A DNA stretch of 23,982 bases from Nitrososphaerota archaeon (lineage in GTDB: Archaea > Thermoproteota > Nitrososphaeria > Nitrososphaerales > Nitrosopumilaceae), in contig JAJPGU010000004.1 in assembly GCA_021325615.1 (NCBI GenBank), positions 30,001 through 53,982 on the forward strand, in the 5' to 3' direction. A program made the translations under genes and the position numbers. The notes beneath the pieces were generated by a model, which saw only the letters and a program-made list of their open reading frames with translations, was not told the origin of the DNA and did no database searches. Below are positions 1-7,378 of this stretch, piece after piece (within the stretch, counting starts at the first letter, position 1; each line of letters opens with the position of its first letter).

Positions 1-225
1 GGTGGGTGGAACGCGCTGGTCCTTTCAGAATACATCACATTCAACAAGCAGACCCTCTCGGTCCTTGGCATCGGGTCGCTGATGAACAAGGCCGCATATG
101 AAATTGGGAACGTGAGCCTCCTCATACTCATCATCACGGTAATGGTCGCAGTCGTTGTCGGCCTCAACAGGGTATTATGGAAGCGCCTCTACAAGATGAC
201 GTTTACAAAGTACAGGTTGGACTGA
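1..225 (+). CDS. ABC transporter permease, C-terminal fragment (5' end lies outside the window)
   Basis: Frame 1 is open from base 1 to TGA at 223-225. The translation ...GIGSLMNKAAYEIGNVSLLILIITVMVAVVVGLNRVLWKRLYKMTFTKYRLD ends in a hydrophobic helix and a basic tail. It abuts or overlaps the ABC ATPase gene that follows. Confidence 0.55.
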   Translation, partial: GGWNALVLSEYITFNKQTLSVLGIGSLMNKAAYEIGNVSLLILIITVMVAVVVGLNRVLWKRLYKMTFTKYRLD

Positions 226-1004
226 TTGTGTTGGCAGCAGGCTCTGATTCGCCAAAACTTGTCGAGCTCCGGGGCGTCACCAAGGCGTACGGTCCCATGT
301 CGCCAAGGCCCCAGGTGGTGCTTGAGCACATCAACCTTGCAGTAAGGCAGCACGAGTTTGTCAGCATTGTTGGCCCGTCGGGGTGCGGCAAGTCCACGCT
401 CCTTCGCATAATGATGGGGCTTGCCAAGCCGGAGGACGGCGAGGTCTTTTACCATGACCACAAGCTGACAGGAGTCTGCGAGGCAATGTCCATGGTCTTC
501 CAGACCTTTGCGCTCTTCCCGTGGCTCAATGTTGTGGAAAACGTCGAGCTTGGCCTTGAGGGCAAGCCGTTTCCGAAGGAGGAGAAGCGCAAGAGGTCGC
601 TTGACGCAATCCGCGTGATTGGCCTTGAGGGATACGAGGAGGCATACCCAAGGGAGCTCTCGGGCGGCATGAAGCAAAGGGTAGGGCTTGCAAGGGCCAT
701 GGTCTCCGAGCCCGAGATCCTCCTGATGGACGAGCCCTTCTCGGCACTTGACCCGCTGACATCAACGCACCTGAGGGAGGAGGTTCTCCACCTCTGGGCC
801 GACCCGGCGCTTCCTCCCGAGGCGGTGGTTATGGTCACCCACAACGTCGAGGAGGCGGTGTACATGTCGGACAGGATAGTGGTCCTGACCTCACGGCCCG
901 GAACGATAGCAAGGGAGGTCCCTATCGAGATACCAAGGCCCCGGGATCCCCGCAGCCCCGAGATCTACAGGCTTGTCGATGAGATCACAGGAATGATAGT
1001 ATGA
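177..1004 (+). CDS. ABC transporter ATP-binding protein, nitrate/sulfonate/bicarbonate (NitT/TauT, TauB/SsuB-like) type
   Basis: Walker A GPSGCGKST, Q-loop MVFQ, ABC signature LSGGMKQR, Walker B LLMDEPFSALD and H-loop VTHN are all present. The ATG at 177 overlaps the permease tail by 49 nt, so the real start may be GTG 228 or TTG 231, just after the permease stop. Confidence 0.9.
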   Translation: MEAPLQDDVYKVQVGLIVLAAGSDSPKLVELRGVTKAYGPMSPRPQVVLEHINLAVRQHEFVSIVGPSGCGKSTLLRIMMGLAKPEDGEVFYHDHKLTGVCEAMSMVFQTFALFPWLNVVENVELGLEGKPFPKEEKRKRSLDAIRVIGLEGYEEAYPRELSGGMKQRVGLARAMVSEPEILLMDEPFSALDPLTSTHLREEVLHLWADPALPPEAVVMVTHNVEEAVYMSDRIVVLTSRPGTIAREVPIEIPRPRDPRSPEIYRLVDEITGMIV

Positions 1005-1062
1005 TCAACCTTTATTTGGCGTATCAGGGGAACGCATTCTGTTTTGTGGAGGAACTAGACAG

Positions 1063-1548
1063 GTGACCATCCCCCAGGCACAGGTAGGGAACGTCATCGG
1101 ACTCTTGGAGGTGCTCCAGGACTTTAAGGGAAAGGTGGACCTCGCGAAGGTAGCCGACGAGCTCATGCTTGAGCTTGACGACATACTGCCCGCAGTCGAG
1201 TCTGCAAAGCTCCTCCACCTGTTGCAGGTAGACTCGGGAGATCTCATACTTACAGAGGACGGCAAGGCGCTGCTTGCAAAGAACGCCTCGGGCAGGAAGA
1301 GGATGCTCAACAAGACGCTCGCAGGGTCGGGCGAGTTCAAGGCCATACTGGACTTCATCAGGAACGATCACGGGGGCGAGGTCTCAAAGGACGAGATGAA
1401 GGACTTTCTCAGGGAGAACATGCCAGACCTAGACGCGGAGCAGACATTCCTGTGGATAGTCGAGTGGGGCCGATATTCCCTGCTGCTTCGCTATGACACC
1501 GACAACGGCAAGATAAAGCTGTCCAAGGCTGCCACGCAGAAGGAATAG
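1063..1548 (+). CDS. Stand-alone AAA-associated C-terminal domain protein (the domain usually fused to NitT/TauT ABC ATPases)
   Basis: GTG start 58 nt after the ATPase stop. The sequence VIGLLEVLQDFKGKVDLAKVADELMLELDDILPAVESAKLLHLLQVDSGDLILTEDGKALL resembles, from memory, the C-terminal AAA-associated domain of this ABC family. Codon usage matches the neighbouring genes. Confidence 0.55.
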   Translation: MTIPQAQVGNVIGLLEVLQDFKGKVDLAKVADELMLELDDILPAVESAKLLHLLQVDSGDLILTEDGKALLAKNASGRKRMLNKTLAGSGEFKAILDFIRNDHGGEVSKDEMKDFLRENMPDLDAEQTFLWIVEWGRYSLLLRYDTDNGKIKLSKAATQKE

Positions 1549-1711
1549 ACATTCCACCAAACGGACTCTACGGTTCCACATATTTCCCCAAAAGGGATCA
1601 TTTGTTAGAAAAAATGGCAAAACGCCCCACAAATGCCGAAGATCGTCGGGACCGGCCCGCAAGTAAAAGATTCATAAACCTAATCGAACAAAACTCGAAG
1701 AATTACTAGGC

Positions 1712-4045
1712 ATGAAAGAATTTGGCACCCTAGAGTATGTCTTGGACAATTACTCTAAGAACTGGACTTGGAAGCTCACCGGTACCCGGGCAGTATCCAT
1801 GGTCGCCCGCGTCATACCACAGGCATGGTATGGCGAGGGACCCGACGAGGCGATGGTCCCCGATACAGTCCAGAACGTCGAGAAGATCAAGTGGATAATG
1901 GAGACATACCCCCTTGACATCAGGTCAAGGAACATCTGGCAGCGCAAGACCAGGCACCTCAAGGTACCAAAGAAAAAGTACACCAAGATAGAGCGCCTCC
2001 GCAAGGCAAACCCCGGCACCCAGTTCAGGGGGACGCTGCTCAACTTCCAGAGGGAGGGCCTTGACTTTCTCCTCAAATCGTCCGGCAACGCCCTGCTTGC
2101 CGATGACATGGGCCTTGGCAAGTGCGTGCATCATGACACCATGATAAGCACCACGGCCGGACAAGTTCCAATCAAGGAGATATGGGATAAATCCACGGCA
2201 ACAGAGCATGACGGCGACGAGGAATGGGCAGTTCTGGAAAAGCCAGTAATGGTTCATTCATTTGACGGAACAAATATTGTTACAAAGAAGGTCTCCCGCG
2301 CATTCAGGCAGAAAATCGACGAAGGCATACTAAAAATAGCACTGCCGGACGGCGTCTCACTCAGATGCACCAGACGGCACAGGGTTCTAACACCGCGCGG
2401 CTGGAGGATGGCAGGAGAACTGGGCATCGGTGACGATGTAGCAGTATCCCCACCTGCCCTTTACGGCACGGTTAACCGCCTCGTGTCCGAGGGAGTCGGT
2501 TCGCATAATTTCCCGCAAAGTTCACCATCCAGTTCCGCAGTCGGTGCAAGCAGTGGAATTGCAATCTCAGTTTCTCACAATTTGGAAGCAATCCAGGAGC
2601 GCGATATCGCAGGCCGGGCTCCCGAGTCAGTCAACTGGCGCCAGGTCAAGTCCATTGAATCGACACACCACTCGGGCTACGTCTACGACCTCTCAGTTCC
2701 CGAAACCCACAACTATATCGCAAACGGGATGGTGACGCACAACACCATACAGACGCTCGCATACCTTGCCACTGAAAAGCAGCCCTTCCCGGCCCTGATT
2801 GTCGCGCCGCTTGTCACCCTCACCAACTGGCAGCGCGAGATCCAAAAGTTTCTCAGGCGCAGGAGCAAGAACGGCCGAGTCTTAGATGACGAGCACCCCA
2901 CCTCGACCCTCATCAGGACCGGCAAGCGCCAGGACATACCAAGAAATGACGTTTACATCATAAACTACGACCTGCTCTACAAGAGGCTTGACGACCTGTC
3001 AAGGCTCGGCATCAGGACAATCGTGTGCGACGAGGTACAGCACCTCAGGTCCAAGTCCACAAAGAAGTATTCCGCGGTAAAGAAGCTTGCAGGCCTGGAG
3101 ACAGTCAAGTACAGGATAGGGCTTTCCGGGACTCCGATTTACAACAGGGGTTCGGAAATCTGGCCAATCGTGGACATCCTCCGCCCCGGCCTGCTCGGGA
3201 GCTTTGAGGAGTTTTGCGAATACTTTTGCTATGTCAATGAGAAGGGCAAGGCCATCGTACTTGAGAACAAGCGTGCATCGCTTGGCGAGGAGCTTCGCAA
3301 GCACGTGATGCTCAGGCGAAAAAAGGGGGACGTCCTCAAGGAGCTCAAGGAGAAGGTACGCTACAAGGAATTCATAGATTCGGACATCAACTACTATTAT
3401 TCCGAGCTTGACAAGATCTGGAAGAGGCTGGAGGAGGAGCAAAAGGCCGCAACGTCCGCATTTGACAAGTTCTCGTCGTACAAGAGGGCAATCCAGTCCG
3501 AGCGCCAGGCAGCGGGCGCCGCAAAGCTCCCCCACGTAATCGAGTTTGTCAAGAACATCATGGAGATAGAAGAGTCGGTCGTGGTCTTCTGCCACCACAA
3601 GGCAATCCACGCCCTCCTCCACAAGTCGCTGCACGAGTACTCGCCTTCCTCCATCATAGGCGGCCAGTCAGACACCGAGCGCCAGGGAAACATCGACAGG
3701 TTCCAGAACGGCGAGACAAAACTAATGATTGCAGGCCTCAGGGCGGGAAATGTCGGCATAAACCTCACCCGGGCCAAGTACGTAATCTTTGCAGAGCTCG
3801 ACTGGAGCCCCGCAATCCACAGGCAGGCAGAAGACAGGCTCCACAGGATAGGCCAGAAGAACACGGTCTTTGCATACTACCTGATTGGCAACGGCACGCT
3901 TGACGACCATGTCGCAAACGTCCTTGTCGACAAGTCGTACGAGATTGACGCCATAATGGACGAAAAGGAGGAGCCCTTTGAAAACAAGGACAAGGCTGAG
4001 CTGATACTGGCCCAGATCCACGACAGGCTGAGGACCAAGCACTAG
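1712..4045 (+). CDS. SNF2/SWI2-family DNA-dependent ATPase (helicase-like), intein-containing precursor
   Basis: Motif I DDMGLGK|...|TIQTLAY is interrupted by an insert. Also present: motif II VCDEVQHLRS (DExH), motif III LSGTPIYNR, and the C-terminal helicase motifs GNVGINLT and DWSPAIHRQAEDRLHRIGQ. Confidence 0.9.
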   Translation: MKEFGTLEYVLDNYSKNWTWKLTGTRAVSMVARVIPQAWYGEGPDEAMVPDTVQNVEKIKWIMETYPLDIRSRNIWQRKTRHLKVPKKKYTKIERLRKANPGTQFRGTLLNFQREGLDFLLKSSGNALLADDMGLGKCVHHDTMISTTAGQVPIKEIWDKSTATEHDGDEEWAVLEKPVMVHSFDGTNIVTKKVSRAFRQKIDEGILKIALPDGVSLRCTRRHRVLTPRGWRMAGELGIGDDVAVSPPALYGTVNRLVSEGVGSHNFPQSSPSSSAVGASSGIAISVSHNLEAIQERDIAGRAPESVNWRQVKSIESTHHSGYVYDLSVPETHNYIANGMVTHNTIQTLAYLATEKQPFPALIVAPLVTLTNWQREIQKFLRRRSKNGRVLDDEHPTSTLIRTGKRQDIPRNDVYIINYDLLYKRLDDLSRLGIRTIVCDEVQHLRSKSTKKYSAVKKLAGLETVKYRIGLSGTPIYNRGSEIWPIVDILRPGLLGSFEEFCEYFCYVNEKGKAIVLENKRASLGEELRKHVMLRRKKGDVLKELKEKVRYKEFIDSDINYYYSELDKIWKRLEEEQKAATSAFDKFSSYKRAIQSERQAAGAAKLPHVIEFVKNIMEIEESVVVFCHHKAIHALLHKSLHEYSPSSIIGGQSDTERQGNIDRFQNGETKLMIAGLRAGNVGINLTRAKYVIFAELDWSPAIHRQAEDRLHRIGQKNTVFAYYLIGNGTLDDHVANVLVDKSYEIDAIMDEKEEPFENKDKAELILAQIHDRLRTKH
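2123..2743 (+). mobile_element. Mini-intein (207 aa, Hint domain, no homing-endonuclease motifs seen) inserted in SNF2 motif I
   Basis: It starts at Cys (CVHHDTMI, block A) and contains TRRH (block B TxxH). It ends ...GYVYDLSVPETHNYIANGMVTHN (blocks F/G, terminal HN), followed by the +1 Thr. Excision restores DDMGLGKTIQTLAYL. The central segment is a Ser-rich low-complexity linker, not a LAGLIDADG or HNH domain. Confidence 0.85.
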
Positions 4046-4152
4046 CACAGGCGCGCCCCTTGCACAAAGGCAGCCGAAATTCGCCAGCTTTTTCCGGGCA
4101 TGCCAGGCAAGAAAATTTCCCTGTCCGGTTCGCGAACAATGATACGCCATTG

Positions 4153-4160
4153 TTTTAAGG
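4153..4160 (+). promoter_or_regulatory. TATA-like box (ttttaagg) about 27 nt upstream of GTG 4183
   Basis: A/T-rich box in an otherwise GC-balanced spacer, at the distance expected for an archaeal promoter driving a leaderless mRNA. Confidence 0.4.
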
Positions 4161-4182
4161 CATCATCCCCAAGGGTGAACCA

Positions 4183-5196
4183 GTGGAAAACATCCAGGTT
4201 ATCGCGCTGATAGCAATTGCCATATCCCTTGTAAGCATCGGCCTTGTCGTAGCAAATGTCCTGAACTTCCAGACCTCCCTCATGAGCCTCAATACCGCAA
4301 TCCTAGAGCAGACACAGGCTGCAAGGCAGTCAGGCCAGGCCGCAAACTCCACCCAGCAGGAGATTTCAGTGCAGGGTCAGAAATTATCCCAGATGGAGGA
4401 CGCGGTAAGCAACCTGACATCCGAGGCAAGATCCCTTGAGGGCAGGGTAGCGTCGCTTGAAGAGAGGGTGTCATCCCTCGGCCAGGAGGCCCAGCACCCA
4501 TGCCAGATTCCCCAGGGGTGCACACAGGCAGCCCAGCAGCCGGCAAGGTTTGTCCCACTGTCCCTAAGGGACAAAACCGGAACGCTCTGGACCTCATGGT
4601 TCATCAAGGAGAGCCTTTACTATCCCACCTTGTACAGTACAAGCTGCGACGCCCCCGGAGTCGACTGCTATGTCCATTTTTCCAATATTTCCACCCCCGA
4701 CGGCCAGGGAATCGAGGCCGATACGGCAGGGGCCCAGGTCTACGGCTACTGGTTCCTCGGATACTCCCAGGAATTTACCGTGCCGCAGAACGGTACAGTG
4801 ACGGTTTCAGGAAACTTTCTCAAAAACAACACCTTTGGCCAGATCCCAGGAAGATACATTGTCCACCCCCTATCCGGCATCCAGTCAGGCTATGGCATGG
4901 CCATACCGTCCCAGCCTGCTCCCGCCCCGGCCCAGAACGACGAGGGCAGGAACCACATCTACGTTTTCATACTTGACAGGGATCCCAACATGATACTTGC
5001 ACAGAAACAGATAGTGTTTGCAGGCGACAACAACACGACTTGGTACCACAGGTCAGTGACATTCAGCCTGCCGCCAGGACAGGTTTTCAGGGTGGGCATC
5101 GGGGCTGAGAACAACTGGGCGGCAGACTATGGCGTATACGTGGCGTGGAACGGGGTAAACATCACGGCATCCCAGGCATGGAGCCCCCTCCAGTAG
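4183..5196 (+). CDS. Hypothetical membrane-anchored protein (N-terminal TM helix, coiled-coil stalk, C-terminal beta-rich domain)
   Basis: N-terminal IALIAIAISLVSIGLVVANVL, then a heptad-like stretch SQMEDAVSNLTSEARSLEGRVASLEERVSSLGQEAQ, then a domain with many N-x-S/T sequons. Codon usage is typical of the window. Confidence 0.6.
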   Translation: MENIQVIALIAIAISLVSIGLVVANVLNFQTSLMSLNTAILEQTQAARQSGQAANSTQQEISVQGQKLSQMEDAVSNLTSEARSLEGRVASLEERVSSLGQEAQHPCQIPQGCTQAAQQPARFVPLSLRDKTGTLWTSWFIKESLYYPTLYSTSCDAPGVDCYVHFSNISTPDGQGIEADTAGAQVYGYWFLGYSQEFTVPQNGTVTVSGNFLKNNTFGQIPGRYIVHPLSGIQSGYGMAIPSQPAPAPAQNDEGRNHIYVFILDRDPNMILAQKQIVFAGDNNTTWYHRSVTFSLPPGQVFRVGIGAENNWAADYGVYVAWNGVNITASQAWSPLQ

Positions 5197-5233
5197 CAAA
5201 CCCCGGAAGCCAAGATAGCGGCAACGCCCCAGG

Positions 5234-5413
5234 CTAGGACTTGTCCTCGCGTATCTCGTACCTGTCAAAAAAGTCCTGGCCCTCGCCTTTTTTTGAAACT
5301 ATGAAAGACTCGAGCCTGGATATCACCTCGGCCCTTGAGAGCCGACCCTCGGTAGACTGGTAGTACTTGGCCTCCTTCTCCCTGAACCTCTTGTAGCTCA
5401 TGGCCTTCCCCAT
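5234..5413 (-). CDS. Small hypothetical protein, 59 aa (below the ORF-track cut-off)
   Basis: Hand translation gives MGKAMSYKRFREKEAKYYQSTEGRLSRAEVISRLESFIVSKKGEGQDFFDRYEIREDKS with stop TAG (cta at 5234-5236). Codon usage (AAG/AGG/GAG/ATA) matches confident genes. A TATA-like box at 5436-5443 lies about 27 nt upstream of the ATG. Confidence 0.55.
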   Translation of the reverse strand: MGKAMSYKRFREKEAKYYQSTEGRLSRAEVISRLESFIVSKKGEGQDFFDRYEIREDKS

Positions 5414-5435
5414 GGCATTGATTTCAGGCGGCAGG

Positions 5436-5443
5436 TATTAAGA
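5436..5443 (-). promoter_or_regulatory. TATA-like box (tcttaata on the minus strand) for the 59-aa ORF
   Basis: Centred about 26-27 nt upstream of the ATG at 5413. Confidence 0.4.
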
Positions 5444-5527
5444 AATGTGCCTGAGAAAATCGTGGCAAATGATAAATCCTCCTGAGAACCTGTGCGGGAT
5501 TTTTATGATTTTGTGCCACATGGTATC

Positions 5528-6025
5528 ATGATGGTTCAGAGGCTTGCACTTCTCCTTTTGGTGGCGCCGCTTGTGGTCATGTCAATGATGCCGGTCCTTG
5601 CCCAGCAAAGTGCGCAGGTTGCCATCCTAAAGGGAGACGGCGCAAGCCAGGCCTGTGTCACTGCAGGAAACTGCTTTGACCCAAGCAAGCTGAGCGTCTC
5701 GCCTGGTACCTCGGTTACCTGGACCAACAACGACCAGGTAAGCCACACCGTAACAAGCGGCAACCCAAACGACAACCAGACCGGCACGGTATTTGACAGC
5801 AGCCTTATCGCGCCGGGAAAGACATTTACCTTTACCTTCAAGGACGCCGGCACGTTCCACTACTTCTGCCAGGTACACCCGTGGATGGCAGGCGAGGTGG
5901 TGGTAGGAGCAGGCTCTACCTCGGCAAGCGCGCCAGAGTTTGGCCAGATGGTGCCGGCGGTGCTCGTGGCCTCGATGGGCGCGGTCCTCTACGCAGGCAG
6001 AAGGATTGCAGGCTCGCTGCGCTAG
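5528..6025 (+). CDS. Plastocyanin/azurin-family blue copper protein (cupredoxin) with signal peptide and PEFG-CTERM tail
   Basis: Type-1 Cu ligand pattern: His in VSHTVTSG, then FHYFCQVHPWM (Cys-x2-His-x2-Met). N-terminal signal MMVQRLALLLLVAPLVVMSMMPVLAQQ. I prefer ATG 5528 over the track start 5492 because the box atttttatga (5499-5508) lies about 25-27 nt upstream of it. Confidence 0.85.
   Translation: MMVQRLALLLLVAPLVVMSMMPVLAQQSAQVAILKGDGASQACVTAGNCFDPSKLSVSPGTSVTWTNNDQVSHTVTSGNPNDNQTGTVFDSSLIAPGKTFTFTFKDAGTFHYFCQVHPWMAGEVVVGAGSTSASAPEFGQMVPAVLVASMGAVLYAGRRIAGSLR
5933..6022 (+). other. PEFG-CTERM-type C-terminal sorting signal (PEFG, TM helix, Arg-rich tail)
   Basis: The C-terminus reads ...STSASAPEFGQMVPAVLVASMGAVLYAGRRIAGSLR. 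Confidence 0.7.
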
Positions 6026-6068
6026 ACATTCCAGCGCACAAAGTCTGCCGACACCTTCAAAACAAATC

Positions 6069-6314
6069 CTACTTGGTTCCCGTTGCCTGGTATTTCCGGA
6101 GGCAGAACAGGATGTTGATGGCCATCACTATGCCGTAGAGTACAAAGAGGAGCGGGATGTCTGTTGTAAACTTGCTTGGCGTGGACAAGTGCCTCTGTAT
6201 CACCAAAAGGCTTACCATCATGAAGATTACCGTAATGGCGCCTATCCTTGCAAGCAGTTCCTTTGTCAGCCCCATCCTCAACAGGTTTGCCACCAGATTT
6301 CCGCATTCAACCAA
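6069..6314 (-). CDS. Small two-TM membrane protein, hypothetical
   Basis: Two hydrophobic helices (IGAITVIFMMVSLLVI and IPLLFVLYGIVMAINILFCL) and typical codon usage. Start is either TTG 6314 or ATG 6275. An A-rich box on the minus strand (aaaaaataa, about 6338-6346) lies about 25 nt upstream of 6314. Confidence 0.45.
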   Translation of the reverse strand: MVECGNLVANLLRMGLTKELLARIGAITVIFMMVSLLVIQRHLSTPSKFTTDIPLLFVLYGIVMAINILFCLRKYQATGTK

Positions 6315-6448
6315 GGGTAATGAAGATGTTGCTTGGTTATTTTTTACGAGTGCCTTGAACCAGGGGAATCATCCCCCTTCTTGCTTGACAAAATAACTTT
6401 TGAAGTTTTGGACGGGCGATTGAATGCCGGGAGCCAGACACTTGAGTC

Positions 6449-6466
6449 CATGTCCTTCCCTTCCAA
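6449..6466. repeat. Copy A of an exact 18-nt intergenic repeat, catgtccttcccttccaa
   Basis: Identical 18-mer at 9070-9087. Looser similarity continues for about 30 nt more (..ccg.c...ctgcttgg...atgc). Confidence 0.8.
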
Positions 6467-6504
6467 CCGCCACGTTTCATGCCTGCTTGGCGCAATGCCT
6501 CATG

Positions 6505-6759
6505 CTACTTGTAGTTCTGGCTCAGGTACGCCCCGTTATCCATGTCGGACTGGGGGATGGCACTCTTGGAGTGGTCGCATCCTGTCTGGAACGAATAGCA
6601 CTGGGTTGTGCTTGTAGGGGCATGCGCCGCGTTGCTCTGCCCCTGATAGGTTCCCGGTGTCTCCCATCCAGAGCCTGCAAGCATAGCAACCGATATGGCA
6701 AGCACCCCGCCTATGCATCCGGCAAGTATTATTGCCAAGGTTTTTGGAAACATGCTCAC
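6505..6759 (-). CDS. Small secreted or membrane-anchored Cys-containing protein, hypothetical
   Basis: N-terminal hydrophobic segment LAIILAGCIGGVLAISVAMLAG and typical codon usage. A TATA-like tttttatg lies about 30 nt upstream on the minus strand. Confidence 0.45.
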   Translation of the reverse strand: MSMFPKTLAIILAGCIGGVLAISVAMLAGSGWETPGTYQGQSNAAHAPTSTTQCYSFQTGCDHSKSAIPQSDMDNGAYLSQNYK

Positions 6760-6898
6760 CTATACAGTGTGCTCCCTTTCATAAAAATCTGGCACTGATT
6801 CTTACTTGATAAAAACAATTTGCATTGGATCTCCTTGGAGACCCCTGAATACCGTCCGGTATCAAGTGCGCCAAGTTTGAAGCCCGCAAGCCCTAGAT

Positions 6899-7369
6899 CT
6901 AAGATGTCAGGGCGCCAGGAACGATGTCTATCTCGCCCTTCATCCAGGGGTGCACCTTGCAGTAGTAAGGAATCTGGCCAAGCTGCGTGAAGAGGAAGGT
7001 ATAGGTCTTGCCAGGAAGGATCGCGTCGGACCCGAATTCGCCGCTGTACGCGTCCTTAAAGTCCTTGTCCGGCGTTACAAAGTGGGCAGCCTGGTCCTGG
7101 TTTGTCCACACCACGCTGTTGTCGACCCCTAGCTGGACCTCCTGCTTCTTTGGCACAAAGTTCTGCTGCTGGTCCTGGTTGAGCGAGCCTGCCACTATTG
7201 ATATTGTCGTATTAGATCCCGGGTGAAGTACTTTTTCCGGTATAATCGGCTTGGCGTTGAGCTCCGGGATGTAGTACAGCTGGTAGTACCCTATGCTTAT
7301 CGCACCACCCACTATGACCGCTATCAGTGCTATTCCGTATGCATGGCTTGTAGTAGAGTGGCTCGTCAC
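6899..7369 (-). CDS. Membrane-anchored plastocyanin-like cupredoxin
   Basis: N-terminal anchor IALIAVIVGGAISIGYY. Type-1 Cu ligands: His in AAHFVT, then YYCKVHPWM. GTG start lies only 9 nt after the stop of the upstream gene 7379-8893, so the two look like an operon. Confidence 0.85.
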   Translation of the reverse strand: MTSHSTTSHAYGIALIAVIVGGAISIGYYQLYYIPELNAKPIIPEKVLHPGSNTTISIVAGSLNQDQQQNFVPKKQEVQLGVDNSVVWTNQDQAAHFVTPDKDFKDAYSGEFGSDAILPGKTYTFLFTQLGQIPYYCKVHPWMKGEIDIVPGALTS

Positions 7370-7378
7370 TAATCACCG

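Noticed and set aside
189-865. Minus-strand ORFs overlapping the ABC ATPase (189-677, 203-427, 449-865, 526-765)
   Set aside because: They are antisense to a gene with a complete Walker A, signature and Walker B set. The translations are Arg/Pro/Ser-rich.
1712-4045. SNF2 helicase as part of a defence island (DISARM/BREX/Zorya-like)
   Set aside because: No methyltransferase, PLD nuclease, DUF1998, PglZ or other partner genes are adjacent. The neighbours are an ABC transporter and a surface protein, so a chromatin or repair role is the simpler reading.
2999-4150. Minus-strand ORFs of 124-211 aa (2999-3634, 3397-3864, 3722-4150, 3765-4139), plus 1750-2257 (-) and small plus-strand out-of-frame ORFs
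   Set aside because: They are antisense or out of frame to the SNF2 helicase gene, whose conserved motifs fix the true frame.
6333-6798. Plus-strand ORFs 6333-6617 and 6424-6798
   Set aside because: They overlap, in antisense, the better-supported minus-strand ORF 6505-6759, which has a signal anchor, typical codon usage and an upstream A/T box. Their translations are Cys/Arg/Pro-rich.
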